Below, piece by piece: positions 40,001-49,134 of a stretch of DNA of 64,000 nt. The stretch spans positions 248,001 through 312,000 of the forward strand of contig JAQGDQ010000230.1 in NCBI GenBank assembly GCA_030141605.1, in the 5' to 3' direction. The notes below the pieces were generated by a model. That model was not told the origin of the DNA and searched no databases. It saw only the letters and a list, made by a program, of their open reading frames with translations. Origin of the DNA: Tubiluchus corallicola. Its lineage: Eukaryota > Animalia > Priapulida. Each line of letters starts with the position of its first letter. Position 1 is the stretch's first letter. The translations under genes were made by a program, and so were the position numbers.

Positions 40001-43000
40001 GAACCTACTATATTTTGTTTTTTAAGTTTTCAGGAAAGTTTTCTTGTTTTTTACAAACTAGAGAACATAGTGTTAAATTTACTCACTCTTTTTCAACAGA
40101 AAGAAGCCAGGACTGAAGAATATTACTTGAATCAAATCTAGTAAACATATTTATTAAAGAAGCTGCAAAAAAAAACTGAGGAAAATGGATCACAACTTGT
40201 TGCGCACATTTTTCACACTAAATCAAAAAAGACCCCTCAATTTGAGTAAAGTTTCAGCATGCAGCAATTACAGCTGAGTGTGACAATGCCCTTTATTTCA
40301 ACAAAAATTGTTCAACATGCTTGTAGTTCTTATAGGAACTAATCACATTTGACTGCTGATGTACTGTTAATCAGAATTAAGAACACATTCATGCATGTTT
40401 AAATTCACTACATCATTAAAAACTATTTGATAATCCATGTGCTGGACTTAATTGGATATCTCTTTTTTCAATGTCTGGATTTGCATGAATGTACTACAAT
40501 TTTTGCCATCCACATGGTCACAGTTATATTTAGAAAATTCATGGTAAGGTGAAGTACAGGTAACACATTTTGCAACCGCATTTGAAAGAATTTAGTAATA
40601 GCACAAAGGACATGTATACAAATTTAAATACACCTTACGGAGAAATCTCTGCCCTTGACTGGAAAAGTAAAATAGTATATGTAGCTGTCCGTAAACGGTG
40701 CAAGCAAGGCACTCAAAGACAAAATCTGCATAAAACTAGTGCTATACACTTCTATAAATATTATAAAAGATTGTTGTAATGGTTTTGGATTCACCTTTGC
40801 CCTTCCATTTATGTTTTGCACAGATTCCTTATGTGATGAGTTAAGACTGTAAAAAAAATAAAATTAGATTTATATCACGAAACCCCAAAAACATTATTTT
40901 GGAGAATAGTTGTGAGTTGTACAAAACAATCAGCGTAGAACATGGAGAAGCCTACAATTTACAAAAATTATTAAATGCATAAAAAGGTCTGCCAAAAACT
41001 AAACTAATCTGTGACTGTACTAAAATTTATAATTTACTTTCACTTAAAAAAATTTAAATGTTTCACTGCTTAAACAAAAGACAAATAAATAATATGTGAT
41101 AACTTAGTAAGTTAGCATCAATGTGTTAAGAACTTTCTGTGCAAATGAAGGTTAACAGAGGCAATCACGGCTATATTTTAAGTTCTTGCAAGACAATGCA
41201 AAGATCCATACAGCTATATCAACCTTCAAATACTTAAAATGACTTCAAAAAGATTGTGTGAAAACTGTTTGAAACAAGCTGTTAATACATTATTCCACAA
41301 ACTTTTTTTTGTCAGTTCTTTTGATTTTGTCACAATCAAGTCACGTAAATAACTAACACCATTGATGCACTTTCTCTGCCAAGCTTTGCCAAATTTCATA
41401 CAGTGCAAGATGGTGAGACAACTTGTTTATGTTACATACTTTAAATCTTTTTGAAGACTTTCTTGGTTGTTTGGCAGTAAGAGCTTTAGCTTCAGTGATT
41501 CATTTATCACTATTAACCATAATTAACACAACACATACAAATAACTCTATAGCTCTTGAAATATTTAATGACAATTAATAAAATTTTCACTAATTATTTA
41601 TCTACTTTTTATTCATTTCGTGCAAAAAAAGTTTGAGTTGAAATGGACCAAATTCATTTTGGTTTAGTTTATTTATAGCTTAAATTTTGTATATTAATAG
41701 AACCTACATAATAAACCGCACACATTTTTCTTAAGAGTGGCATGCTAAGCACTACATGCTTGGGCATTAATGAACAGAATAGCAAATTGATATTGTATAT
41801 GATACCTGTCATGGAGCCGCTGTAATCTTGCTAATGCATCATCACGTTCCTCGTTTGCTAATCTAACTCGGCACATCATGGCTTCATCCCGCTCCTTCTG
41901 TGCATGATAAATCTGTTCAATAACATCTGCACAAGAGAAAATTTTAATTGGCAGAATCAAGCTAGTGAGCTATCATGAAGTGTCAAAACTGAAATTAGTC
42001 TAACATCAGAAGAATTGCAAGCTACTAGAAGTTTACACGAATACAATGATCGAATACAAATAGAATATGCGCAATTATGGGTTAATCCATCAAAGGCCAA
42101 CAATCTTGAAATTGAGATTACATATAATTAATATCTCCTTTTAACTACAGTTATATTTTAATTGGCAGAATCAAGCTATCCAAGATAAAAGTAATGGCAC
42201 CAGATATCAAGGAGAAATAATGTGCAACATTTAAAAGTTTTCAAAATACTTCCTTCCAAGAAACCATGAATGTTCCAGCTAGTTAGTTAATATATAAAAC
42301 TATTCTTGCATTTGAAAAGCTCCTCATAAGTATCTGAGGGTGCATACACTCGTGCTGTATATCTAAATCCTATGTCCACTGATTTCCAATGGATTTTTGC
42401 AGTGAGCTATCATGAAGTGTCAAAATTGAAATTAGCCTAACATCAGAAGAATTGCGAGCTACTAGAGGTTTACACGAATAGAATATGTGTAATTATGGGC
42501 TAATCCATCAATGGCCAACAATCTTGAAATTGAGATTAAATATAGTTAATATCTACTTTTAGCTACAGTTATATTACCATCATCTTATTTTATATTTAAG
42601 GGTGCTTTTATCTGATTTGATGTATTTTGACATAATTTCATGTTTTGTGTTTTTCCAATACATCAAATGTTTCTTATTGTGAACAATGCTGACCCATAGT
42701 ATAATTCTGTTGACATCAATAAATATCTCATTGTACTGTTATATTGTCATTTATTTTTAGTTTTCACTTAACTAACAAAGTCACAATGGAAGCTGTGATG
42801 TATGAACTGTCCCTTTACCGATTTTTCATACAGACAAAAAATATGTTGTTCAATTGGTCATGTACTGCTGATATGCATTGATGTGATTGTGACATCTTCA
42901 TATTTGCCAATGTAACACAAAGCATGCAACTCAACAATTATGTTGTTAATATGGAACATTCAGTACTTAAAAACTCAGTATAGAAATAAACTCAAGCATT

Positions 43001-46000
43001 TACCAGACAAAAGCAATATGGCTTTAAATTTTCCTGTTTCATCAGATTTTTGTCACTGAAATCATCTTTAGAAAAATTCCAGAAAATCGACAACAAAATC
43101 CAAAAGTAAAGGCAATTATTTCAATACTTACCTGCAGCAGCTTCCACTTTGCAGGTGCCTTGAAGGGAAGCTTCTACCTGCATCTTTAGTTTTAAGGAGT
43201 CCAGGTCACATTCTGCCTTACCAAGATGCTGCTGTAGCTATAAAACGAAATTTTCAAAAAGCATTAGAAAGACTCAAGTTAGCCAATTTTATATTAACAA
43301 TTTACACATGCTCAGCTTAATTTAAATTGACACTAATTTACTGAATAATGCATAGGTATTTGTTTTTAGCAATAATCTCGAATGCTTCTTTAAAGTTCGG
43401 CAAATCAACACTGTACTTTATCCATACAGATATTTTGCTAAAGTTGTGTTAATAAGCTATAATGGCATAGAAATTACCTTCTTGTTTTCTTGACGAAGAA
43501 ATCCAATCTCTTCCTTGAGGCTGTCTATGTGCTTTTCCATGTTTTTCAATCTAACGTCTTCCATAAATTTTGATACATTACTATTAGCATCTCTTTGTAA
43601 GGCACTTTGAGAATTGGAAGCACAGTTAGGTGAAAGACGTTGGGATGACGTTTCAAAGTTTGGAAAAGTATGGCGCATACCTCTGGCCTCATGCACCGAC
43701 TTATGTGGTATTTGATTAGCAGTAGCACCATCACATATCACAGAGTCACTCAAAGCTCTCTTTGGCACATCGTAATTGCAACAGGCACCGTAATGGTAAT
43801 GACCTGACACGCCGAGATCAGCAGGTGCACTGCCATTGGTATGATCACGTGCCAAAATTGGATCCAAATTGCGCCTTACTTTGGAGCAAGCCGCAACATT
43901 CTGTGGTGGGTTCGGATATTCTGGGGAAATACATACGTAAGGTGTAGAATGTAACGGGTGGGAGTATAAATGCTGGTATTGCACAGGCGTGTGGTAGATA
44001 TCACTGACTGTTTTTTCTGTGGCAGGCGTTAATGCAGGACTACATGACTGATATCTCTTGTCTATGTTCAAACCATTTAAATTTGACTTAGCAGATGCAG
44101 CACTATTTGAATTCAATGTGGGTAAATGCGGCTGCTCATCTTGTGATACAGAAAACTTTGATATTTCAGCATCTGAAACAACAAGTGCAAATAACGACAG
44201 ATCAACTAATTACATCAAACTTACAGAGCAGCTGTGTAGTGGAGGAACATACCCATCTCCTACTCTTGGCAATTTCAGTATACTCATCTGAAATATATCA
44301 CATTCACTTCTATTAAGAATATACACCAAATAATAACTGCTTAAGATGTTAGTAAGTGGGCCTTGAAACAAATGCATGTCTGCTCAGTGGTCTGCTTGAG
44401 CTGCTGAATAATGATGTTCAGAATGTGTTTTCCTTATTTTTTAATCACTAATATGTTCATATGCATTATCATTACAATGTAAATTTCTAAAGGCATGTAT
44501 AATAATGACATTTGGTGGACAGGTCGACATTTACACATGGTGTTGTGTAAACATTATTTGAGCTTACTTCACTGACGACATCGAAGTGTGTAATAATGAA
44601 ATAAGCAACCCTGAAGATTGCATCATAAAATACTAATAAATGTTTTTCTTGTGCATTTCGAGACTTTACATAAACACAATTATTATAAATGTATTTCATT
44701 GATGTTACTAAAATTTAAAAAAAATGAAAAAATTTTCACTCTAAAGAGGCAAAATCTTCCAAGAGATGATTAGACAAAAATCCATGTTTTGCTATACTAT
44801 ACAGACAATGAATTAAAATTTAGAAGAGAGGGGGTGACGGCAACTCTCTGCCTTTCTACTTTCACCAAGTTAAACCTTTTTAGACAGCACAAATCTATAC
44901 CATTGATGACGTTAGTAGAATATGTTTGTTTGTAATGAATTAACAAACAAGTATGCTCTGCTTCCCAAGACAAAGACCTATAAAGATGTATATCCTAGTG
45001 GATGATGTTGGAGGTTAAAAATTTAGTTTCTAATAAAAAACTGTCAAAGACGTTACCTAAGAACTAATTTGCTTAAAGACTAGGAGAGTACTGTGTTGCA
45101 AGAAACAAGATTATTTCTACTATTAGGAAAGCTACTTCCTACTTTGCTGTTTAAAAGAAAGAATTTTGAAAAACTACGTAACCATTGTGTGCAAAATCCC
45201 AAAGCTGTCTGAGCATATATTAACTCAAAAATGCAAAGAACTGAATTTTGATAAACTAAAAAGTGCTGGGAGCATAGCTATATAGATAAGGAAAAAACTG
45301 AGCGCTGAACAAATCTTTTGCATCAGTCTTCACTACCGAAGATTCGACTTGTTTTTTCTGTGGTATTCTGAATCACATAGACATTGATTCTGCTTTATTA
45401 GAAACTAGCTAAATTGAGTGAAGCCAAATCAATGGGACCCGACGAAATCCATTCTAGGACAACAAAGCATTGCAGCCAAGCAATTATACCACCACGTATT
45501 GTACATAAAGCAAAAAAGCCTGGAGCTTGGTGTAATATCTGCATTATAGAAGACTGTCTATATTTCAGCAATGTACAAGAAAAAAGTGTTAACCACCCAA
45601 TTTTGACTTTGGTCACATATAGGTGCTGGAAGGTATTATCAAGGAAAAAATTATGAGCACACGAAGAAGCCAATCAATTTCATTCAGCACAATGTGGATT
45701 CCGTTGCCAGCATTCTGTACAACAAATTTACTGGAAATGGTGGAAGAATGGGACAAGTTACTAGATAATGAAAAGCAAGTTGAAATGCTATTCATTTTGA
45801 CTTTTTAAAGGCTTCTGACAAGATAATTCTATGCATTTACCATAGATACTTTTACGCATTTATAATTCCCAAGTATTTAGTCATTCATGCAGCCCCACAC
45901 AGTTTTTTAACTTTTTAACTCCAAAATTAAAATTTGGTGTGATGATTAAATAGGATGTCCTCTTTTGTTGAATGCAATTACTTTTGCATTAATTCAAATT

Positions 46001-47784
46001 GAAAGTTTTCATGATCCAACTGAGCTGAAATGTGTGGCATGATGATTAGCTAGGATCTGTGCTCTATTCACAAAAATTTAATGTTTACTGTAAGGTGGAA
46101 AACATGACTACCCAGTTAGGGCAGCGCCCCGGAAAGTAATGTGTTTTAGTGAATTTGAGGGCACCTTTTGAGCCCTCTTAAGAACAGTTTTTCCCTTATT
46201 TTATTGCAATTTTTGTCAACAATAAAAGTATGTGAACTAAAGTATGTTAAAGCATTTGACAAAGTCCCATATAGAAGATTGCTGCTCAAACTTGAGGCAT
46301 ATGGTATTCAAGGACAGCTGTTTAACTGGATAACAGCATGGCTAAGTGACAGATTCCAATATGTCGAAGTCGAGGGTTGTGCTTCTACTGTCCCAGTTCT
46401 ATCAGGAGAGCCACAAGGAAGTGTCCTCGGACCTCTGTTATTTCTGATCTTCATTGACGACACGGATGATAATGTAGCTAGTCGACTTCTCAAGTTTGCT
46501 GATGATACCAAATTAGCATATCCAATATGTTCTTCTAAGCAAGTGAGACAACTCCAGGAAGACTTGCACCAAATCTGTGCATGGGCTGATAAATGGCAGA
46601 CGGAATTTAACACACTTGATGGTAAATGTAAGGTGATGCATCTGGGTAATCAGACCAATCCAGCCACATACAGTTTTGGTGATGTTGACTTGCCTGTAGT
46701 CACTGAGGAGGTGGATCTTGGACTGTTAGTAGATAGCAAACTAAATTTTCACAGTCATGTTTCTAAGAAAATTACTAAGAGTAACAAGATCCTTGAATAA
46801 ATCAGTAGAACTATAACTTCCAGAACAGCTGAGATAATTCTCCCACTATACAAATCTCTTGTTTATCCTCATCTCGAATATGTCGGTCAGGTATGGGACC
46901 CTTACTATCTTAAGGGCATCCATGCTCTAGAACACGTACAAGCACGAGCTGTGGACATTATCATAGGTCTTGAAGGACTCCCAAACTCTCAAAAACTGCA
47001 AAAATTAGACCTGTATCGACTCTCTGCAAGAAGACGTAGGGGGAGACTTACTGAAATGTTCAAGATTCTTAAGGGATTTACTGCAATCAATGCAAACCAG
47101 TTTTTTACACTCAATAGAAGCATTACAGGTGGACACAGTGTTAAATTGTTCAAGCATGGGGCTAATACTGAAAAGTATCAGCATAGTTTTTCACAAGCCA
47201 AAGTAATACTGTGGAACTCATTACCGGAATCATTAGTGAGTGCAAATAATGTAAATAGTTTCAAACATGAACTCGATTTAGAACTCTGTGCGAGAAACCT
47301 CCTATTTTAATAGCAGCCGGTATATTAGGAGAGTAAACCAACAACAAACAACTGGACAAGGGTGTGCTTTGACAGCTATTCAGTGGATGAGAGATTGGTG
47401 CAAGAGACGGAAATCAGGGTTTACTCACCACAAAGGTGAGAAATCTAAAAATCTTTGAAACTAGTCTGAGCAATAACTCATTTGAGATTTTTGTGAGTAA
47501 CTGATTATTGCCATTTTCGCTTTCTTCTTAATTTGAAACTTCTTCCCCACTGCGCTGTAACAAACTGTACTTTGGCATTTCACTTTTGACTTATCTGTCT
47601 ACGTAAGCCCGTACAGATTGCAGATTATCCTACCTAGCTGACTTCGTATTCTATCCATCGCAGCTTTAAAAACTGCTAGCCTCTGCACGTCATTTTCTTC
47701 TAAAGTATGTATATTTTTGCATTCATGAACACGCATTTCAACTTGATCGTTTTCTTTATTTTCTTGTAAACACGCGCTATCCAT
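4506..47784 (-). CDS. MIPOL1: Mirror-image polydactyly gene 1 protein-like coiled-coil gene (spliced; whole CDS span, ~600 aa)
   Basis: Exons assembled by GT-AG sites and phase: 47634-47784, 43478-44172, 43132-43237, 41806-41926, [unplaced phase 2->0 exon], 36919-37092, 36256-36357, 13224-13318, 10103-10189, 7855-7998, 4506-4566. The peptides are colinear with remembered vertebrate MIPOL1, e.g. VIEQIYHAQKERDEAMMCRVRLANEERDDALAR vs LVEEVYFAQKERDEAVMSRLQLAIEERDEAIAR, ILRERDAALIKCAQLERE vs LIEERDAALSKCKRLEQE, and TVLRKRV vs DVLRKKV. Confidence 0.88.
7855..7998 (-). CDS. MIPOL1: MIPOL1-like exon (RESLANRTLEDNNQLTSALNAALSERDKALTDFREMMQEKKNLQVACE)
   Basis: tttttacag|A ... GAAAA|GTACGA; 144 nt, phase 2->2. 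Parallel to RENIVSITQQQNEELATQLQQALTER. Confidence 0.85.
8690..9200 (+). mobile_element. Old LINE reverse-transcriptase fossil
   Basis: Translates to IKQGCVLSPTLF (RT motif QGxxLSPxLF) at ~8830-8865 and LAEWSTTFGSAANTTK (W..W/F..N..K motif) at ~9041-9090. Otherwise broken. Confidence 0.5.
10103..10189 (-). CDS. MIPOL1: MIPOL1-like exon (SLQQSLFGNEKWREQANVAVAALQSKLNQ)
   Basis: ttatttgtag|C ... CAAAG|GTGGGG; 87 nt, phase 2->2. Parallel to SLHKSLSQEENLKDQFN. Confidence 0.85.
13224..13318 (-). CDS. MIPOL1: MIPOL1-like exon (DQLDKVSKERNDALAKVHDLQDEMENSALQY)
   Basis: ttttttag|GAT ... TATAG|GTATTA; 95 nt, phase 0->2. Heptad pattern parallel to AKLLSMQQARETAVQQYKKLEEEIQTLRVYY. Confidence 0.85.
17614..17749. 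repeat. Diverged tandem duplication (~74-bp period)
   Basis: cataatttga(c/t)ctgaaa ... actagag(a/c)aaccta..ccaataa..ttt..taattag occurs at 17614 and 17688. Confidence 0.65.
21296..21339. repeat. (AT)n microsatellite, ~22 units
   Basis: Perfect AT run. Confidence 0.95.
21923..22027. repeat. Compound (AT)n / (GT)n microsatellite
   Basis: Two AT runs with a degenerate spacer, followed by a short GT run. Confidence 0.9.
22325..22700 (-). mobile_element. Possible highly decayed CR1-like RT fossil
   Basis: Minus-strand traces in the expected order: aactccataggttggaataactatgttgggatt (KL..GI....WI-like), gttccagaa (VPQ-like) and ttatatgcgatgat (LYADD with a 1-nt deletion). Confidence 0.25.
22837..22864. 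repeat. (GT)n microsatellite, ~14 units
   Basis: Perfect GT run. Confidence 0.95.
29274..29468. repeat. (ACAT)n tetranucleotide microsatellite, ~48 units
   Basis: Perfect 195-bp run. It explains the HTYI/YVCM pseudo-ORFs. Confidence 0.97.
34355..34374. repeat. (TA)n microsatellite
   Basis: Short perfect TA run. Confidence 0.85.
35882..36170. repeat. Tandem duplication, 143-bp period, 2 diverged copies
   Basis: gatgactgatgccat ... gtagatatcacga.tattctt..cccatagttcatttttggtaa ... ctgataaa..gcaacaa occurs at 35907 and 36050. Confidence 0.85.
36256..36357 (-). CDS. MIPOL1: MIPOL1-like exon (CAQLEREVERLGHQSDESVTDRCPVCSGTLQALQ)
   Basis: ccttatag|TGT ... CAG|GTATGT; 102 nt, phase 0->0. Its start matches CKRLEQEL. 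Confidence 0.88.
36919..37092 (-). CDS. MIPOL1: MIPOL1-like exon (RDISTILQDVK...ELKIILRERDAALIK)
   Basis: gtcttttag|CGT ... AAG|GTATCA; 174 nt, phase 0->0. Matches the vertebrate TLQELL...EEMSALIEERDAALSK segment. Confidence 0.9.
37999..38101 (-). CDS. Candidate for the missing phase 2->0 MIPOL1-like exon (FLDKFEQKHEILSNNETAIVVLLSRVVDCVILQQ)
   Basis: cattag|A ... CAACAG|GTATCT; 103 nt, open, with the phase required between exons 41806 and 37092. No homology support and a weak acceptor. Confidence 0.3.
38348..38542. repeat. Diverged tandem duplication (~113-bp period)
   Basis: tttag.ggaaac...gaatttttt...aacagacaaaatagc.tgact.t.aaaagcca occurs at 38348 and 38461. Confidence 0.7.
39957..39975 (-). 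promoter_or_regulatory. CTCF-like motif
   Basis: Minus strand CAGCCACCAGGTGGGACT is close to the CTCF core (TGGCCACCAGGGGGCGC) and stands out in ~30% GC sequence. Confidence 0.4.
41806..41926 (-). CDS. MIPOL1: MIPOL1-like exon (DVIEQIYHAQKERDEAMMCRVRLANEERDDALARLQRLHD)
   Basis: tcttgtgcag|AT ... GACAG|GTATC; 121 nt, phase 1->2. This is the most conserved MIPOL1 signature. Confidence 0.93.
41941..42575. repeat. Local duplication with A-B-A-C-B' structure
   Basis: The 24-bp A (ATTTTAATTGGCAGAATCAAGCTA) is at 41941 and 42155. The ~190-bp B (41964-42157) is repeated as B' at 42401-42575. Confidence 0.88.
43132..43237 (-). CDS. MIPOL1: MIPOL1-like exon (LQQHLGKAECDLDSLKLKMQVEASLQGTCKVEAAA)
   Basis: ttttatag|CTA ... 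GCAG|GTAAGT; 106 nt, phase 0->1. Resembles vertebrate KLQQKLAKED...KLKFKLE. Confidence 0.88.
43478..44172 (-). CDS. MIPOL1: MIPOL1-like large exon (Ser/Pro-rich N-terminal region to ...EIGFLRQENKK)
   Basis: Acceptor ttgttgtttcag|AT (phase 1, in frame with the 219-aa ORF 43457-44116) and donor AAG|GTAATT (phase 0). It ends in the start of the coiled coil (LKEEIGFLRQENKK). Confidence 0.85.
44990..47460 (+). mobile_element. Decayed CR1-like non-LTR retrotransposon (ORF2 reverse transcriptase region), antisense in MIPOL1 intron 1
   Basis: Motifs in order: NPKA.*AYINSK, FASVFTTED, KSMGPDEIHSR, KAFDKVPYRRLLLKLEAYGIQG..WI, SGEPQGSVLGPLLFLIFIDD, KFADDTKL, LQEDL..W...WQ.EFN..KCKVMHLG, LYKSLVYPHLEY..QVWDPY, LSARRRRG.L.EMFKILKG. 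There are frameshifts in the 5' part and an in-frame TAA at 46798-46800. Boundaries are approximate. Confidence 0.9.
46240..47310 (+). pseudogene. Reverse transcriptase pseudogene of the CR1-like LINE (best-preserved part)
   Basis: ORFs 46168-46800 and 46951-47310 are in the same frame and separated by a single stop codon. The FADD catalytic motif is retained. Confidence 0.88.
47634..47784 (-). CDS. MIPOL1: MIPOL1-like coding exon 1 (MDSACLQENKEND...RIRSQL)
   Basis: ATG at 47784, open frame, donor CTAG|GTAGG. It is 151 nt (phase 1), which fits the phase of the next exon. No homology support for this N-terminal segment. Confidence 0.65.
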
Positions 47785-48075
47785 TTTTCTTTCTAGCTTT
47801 TTGTTTTAGCGCCAGGCGTAACTAATCACAGCATCGATCGATTATTCGACACTAGCGACACGCACGTTCACAACCACATGCTCCTTTGGTAGCAGTTATT
47901 ATGTGTCAAAGTTGTGCAACGATGTATATTATAAAGTAGATAAAAAATATAATTATCACTAACTACATATAGTCGTGTAGTCTGTAATGATTAGTTTAAC
48001 GCTTTTAATCGCTCTTTTAACGTATTTTTATTGAGTTAGATTACTTTCTGATGAGTTACCTTGATAGCAGGTTTT
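47785..48075. promoter_or_regulatory. Probable core of a bidirectional promoter shared by the MIPOL1-like and ACOT-like genes
   Basis: Positional inference: it lies between divergent start codons, with a local CpG cluster at 47805-47870. No transcription start can be read from the sequence. Confidence 0.45.
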
Positions 48076-48080
48076 GCATG

Positions 48081-49024
48081 TGTTGGGAGCCGTTTGGACC
48101 ACTGCGCCAAGTAGACCACTTGATGCGCTAAAAGTAGTGTCCTACATGGGCAGCCCAAGTAGGACACTAGCGATTTTTGTCGAGACACTTGCTCTGGCAA
48201 AACTTGTTTCCAGTTTATATTACCATTGTTTATAAGTATTGTTATGACATAATAAAGCATAAAACAAAATTTCTTTTAGAAATGGATATTCCTTGGCAAT
48301 TTACAAATGCATTTCTTACAATAATTTCATCATTATGATTAACTCCATTAATATATCATAACATTAAACCTAGTATCTAATGCTTTAAAGAGAGAAATTC
48401 TGCACACTGTTATTACAGAAATAATTGCAAATTTAAAAATGAGACAGATGCTGCTGAGCCTTCACAAGACCAAAAAGTAATTTTTAACATTTAAGAAAAG
48501 CAAGGATAATTAGTTTTAATATTATCAGTAGTATTGTAACATGTAGGGCACTGTCCTACATGGCTCGCTAGCCCATGTAGGACACATAGATCGCTAGAAC
48601 GTTTACTTATAAGAAAACAATTATTTGCCCAAGAGGTAGTGAAACGGATCACCTGTTTGTGAAGTGAGACAAAATCAAAAATGATATACCTTAAACAAAT
48701 GTTGAATTCGCAAAAAAGTGGGGTTTTTTCACTTCAACAACATTAATATCAAAATCAAATTTAATATTGTCCGTTCTACCAGCTCAGAATAAAATTCTTT
48801 TATTTTATTAGATGTATAATAAATTATTCAACGTGTATTAACGTTTTTAATTATTATTATTACATAAATAAGCACAACGGACGGTGTCAGTACACTTAAC
48901 GACTGAATTCACGACCTGTCTCTAGTGTCCTACTTGGGCAGCCCAAGTAGACCGCGGTCTACTTGGGCTAGCCCAAGTAGACCAATTGGTCTACTTGGCG
49001 CAGTGGTCCAAACGGCTCCCAACA
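48081..49024. mobile_element. Non-autonomous DNA transposon (MITE-like), 944 bp, 38-bp perfect TIRs, 5-bp TSD GCATG
   Basis: 48081-48118 TGTTGGGAGCCGTTTGGACCACTGCGCCAAGTAGACCA is the exact reverse complement of 48987-49024. GCATG flanks both sides (48076-48080, 49025-49029). There is no long internal ORF, and there are subterminal palindromic repeats. Confidence 0.9.
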
Positions 49025-49055
49025 GCATGCTTGCACTGCTAGGCCTATCAGTATC

Positions 49056-49134
49056 ATGGCACATATAACAGTCTCTCCAAAATGTGCACTAGTTGATGAA
49101 TTACTGGAAATTGTTGTACAAGGCACTCTTCCAG
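49056..49134 (+). CDS. ACOT/BAAT-family exon 1 ([26 protein letters not shown])
   Basis: ATG in good context (atcATGG); typical ACOT/BAAT N-terminal P..ALVDE motif; donor CCAG|GTAGGA, phase 1. Confidence 0.88.

Noticed and set aside
46308-46613. 101-aa minus-strand ORF
   Set aside because: Antisense shadow of the LINE RT frame.
46168-46800. RT ORF as a retron/DGR/group II intron or functional gene
   Set aside because: The motifs and C-terminal extension are typical of CR1-type LINE ORF2, and it carries stops and frameshifts.
49027-49068. Out-of-frame uORF overlapping the ACOT start
   Set aside because: Its ATG lies in the TSD upstream of a possible splice acceptor (49041-49042), so it may not be in the mRNA. 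This cannot be evaluated without transcript data.
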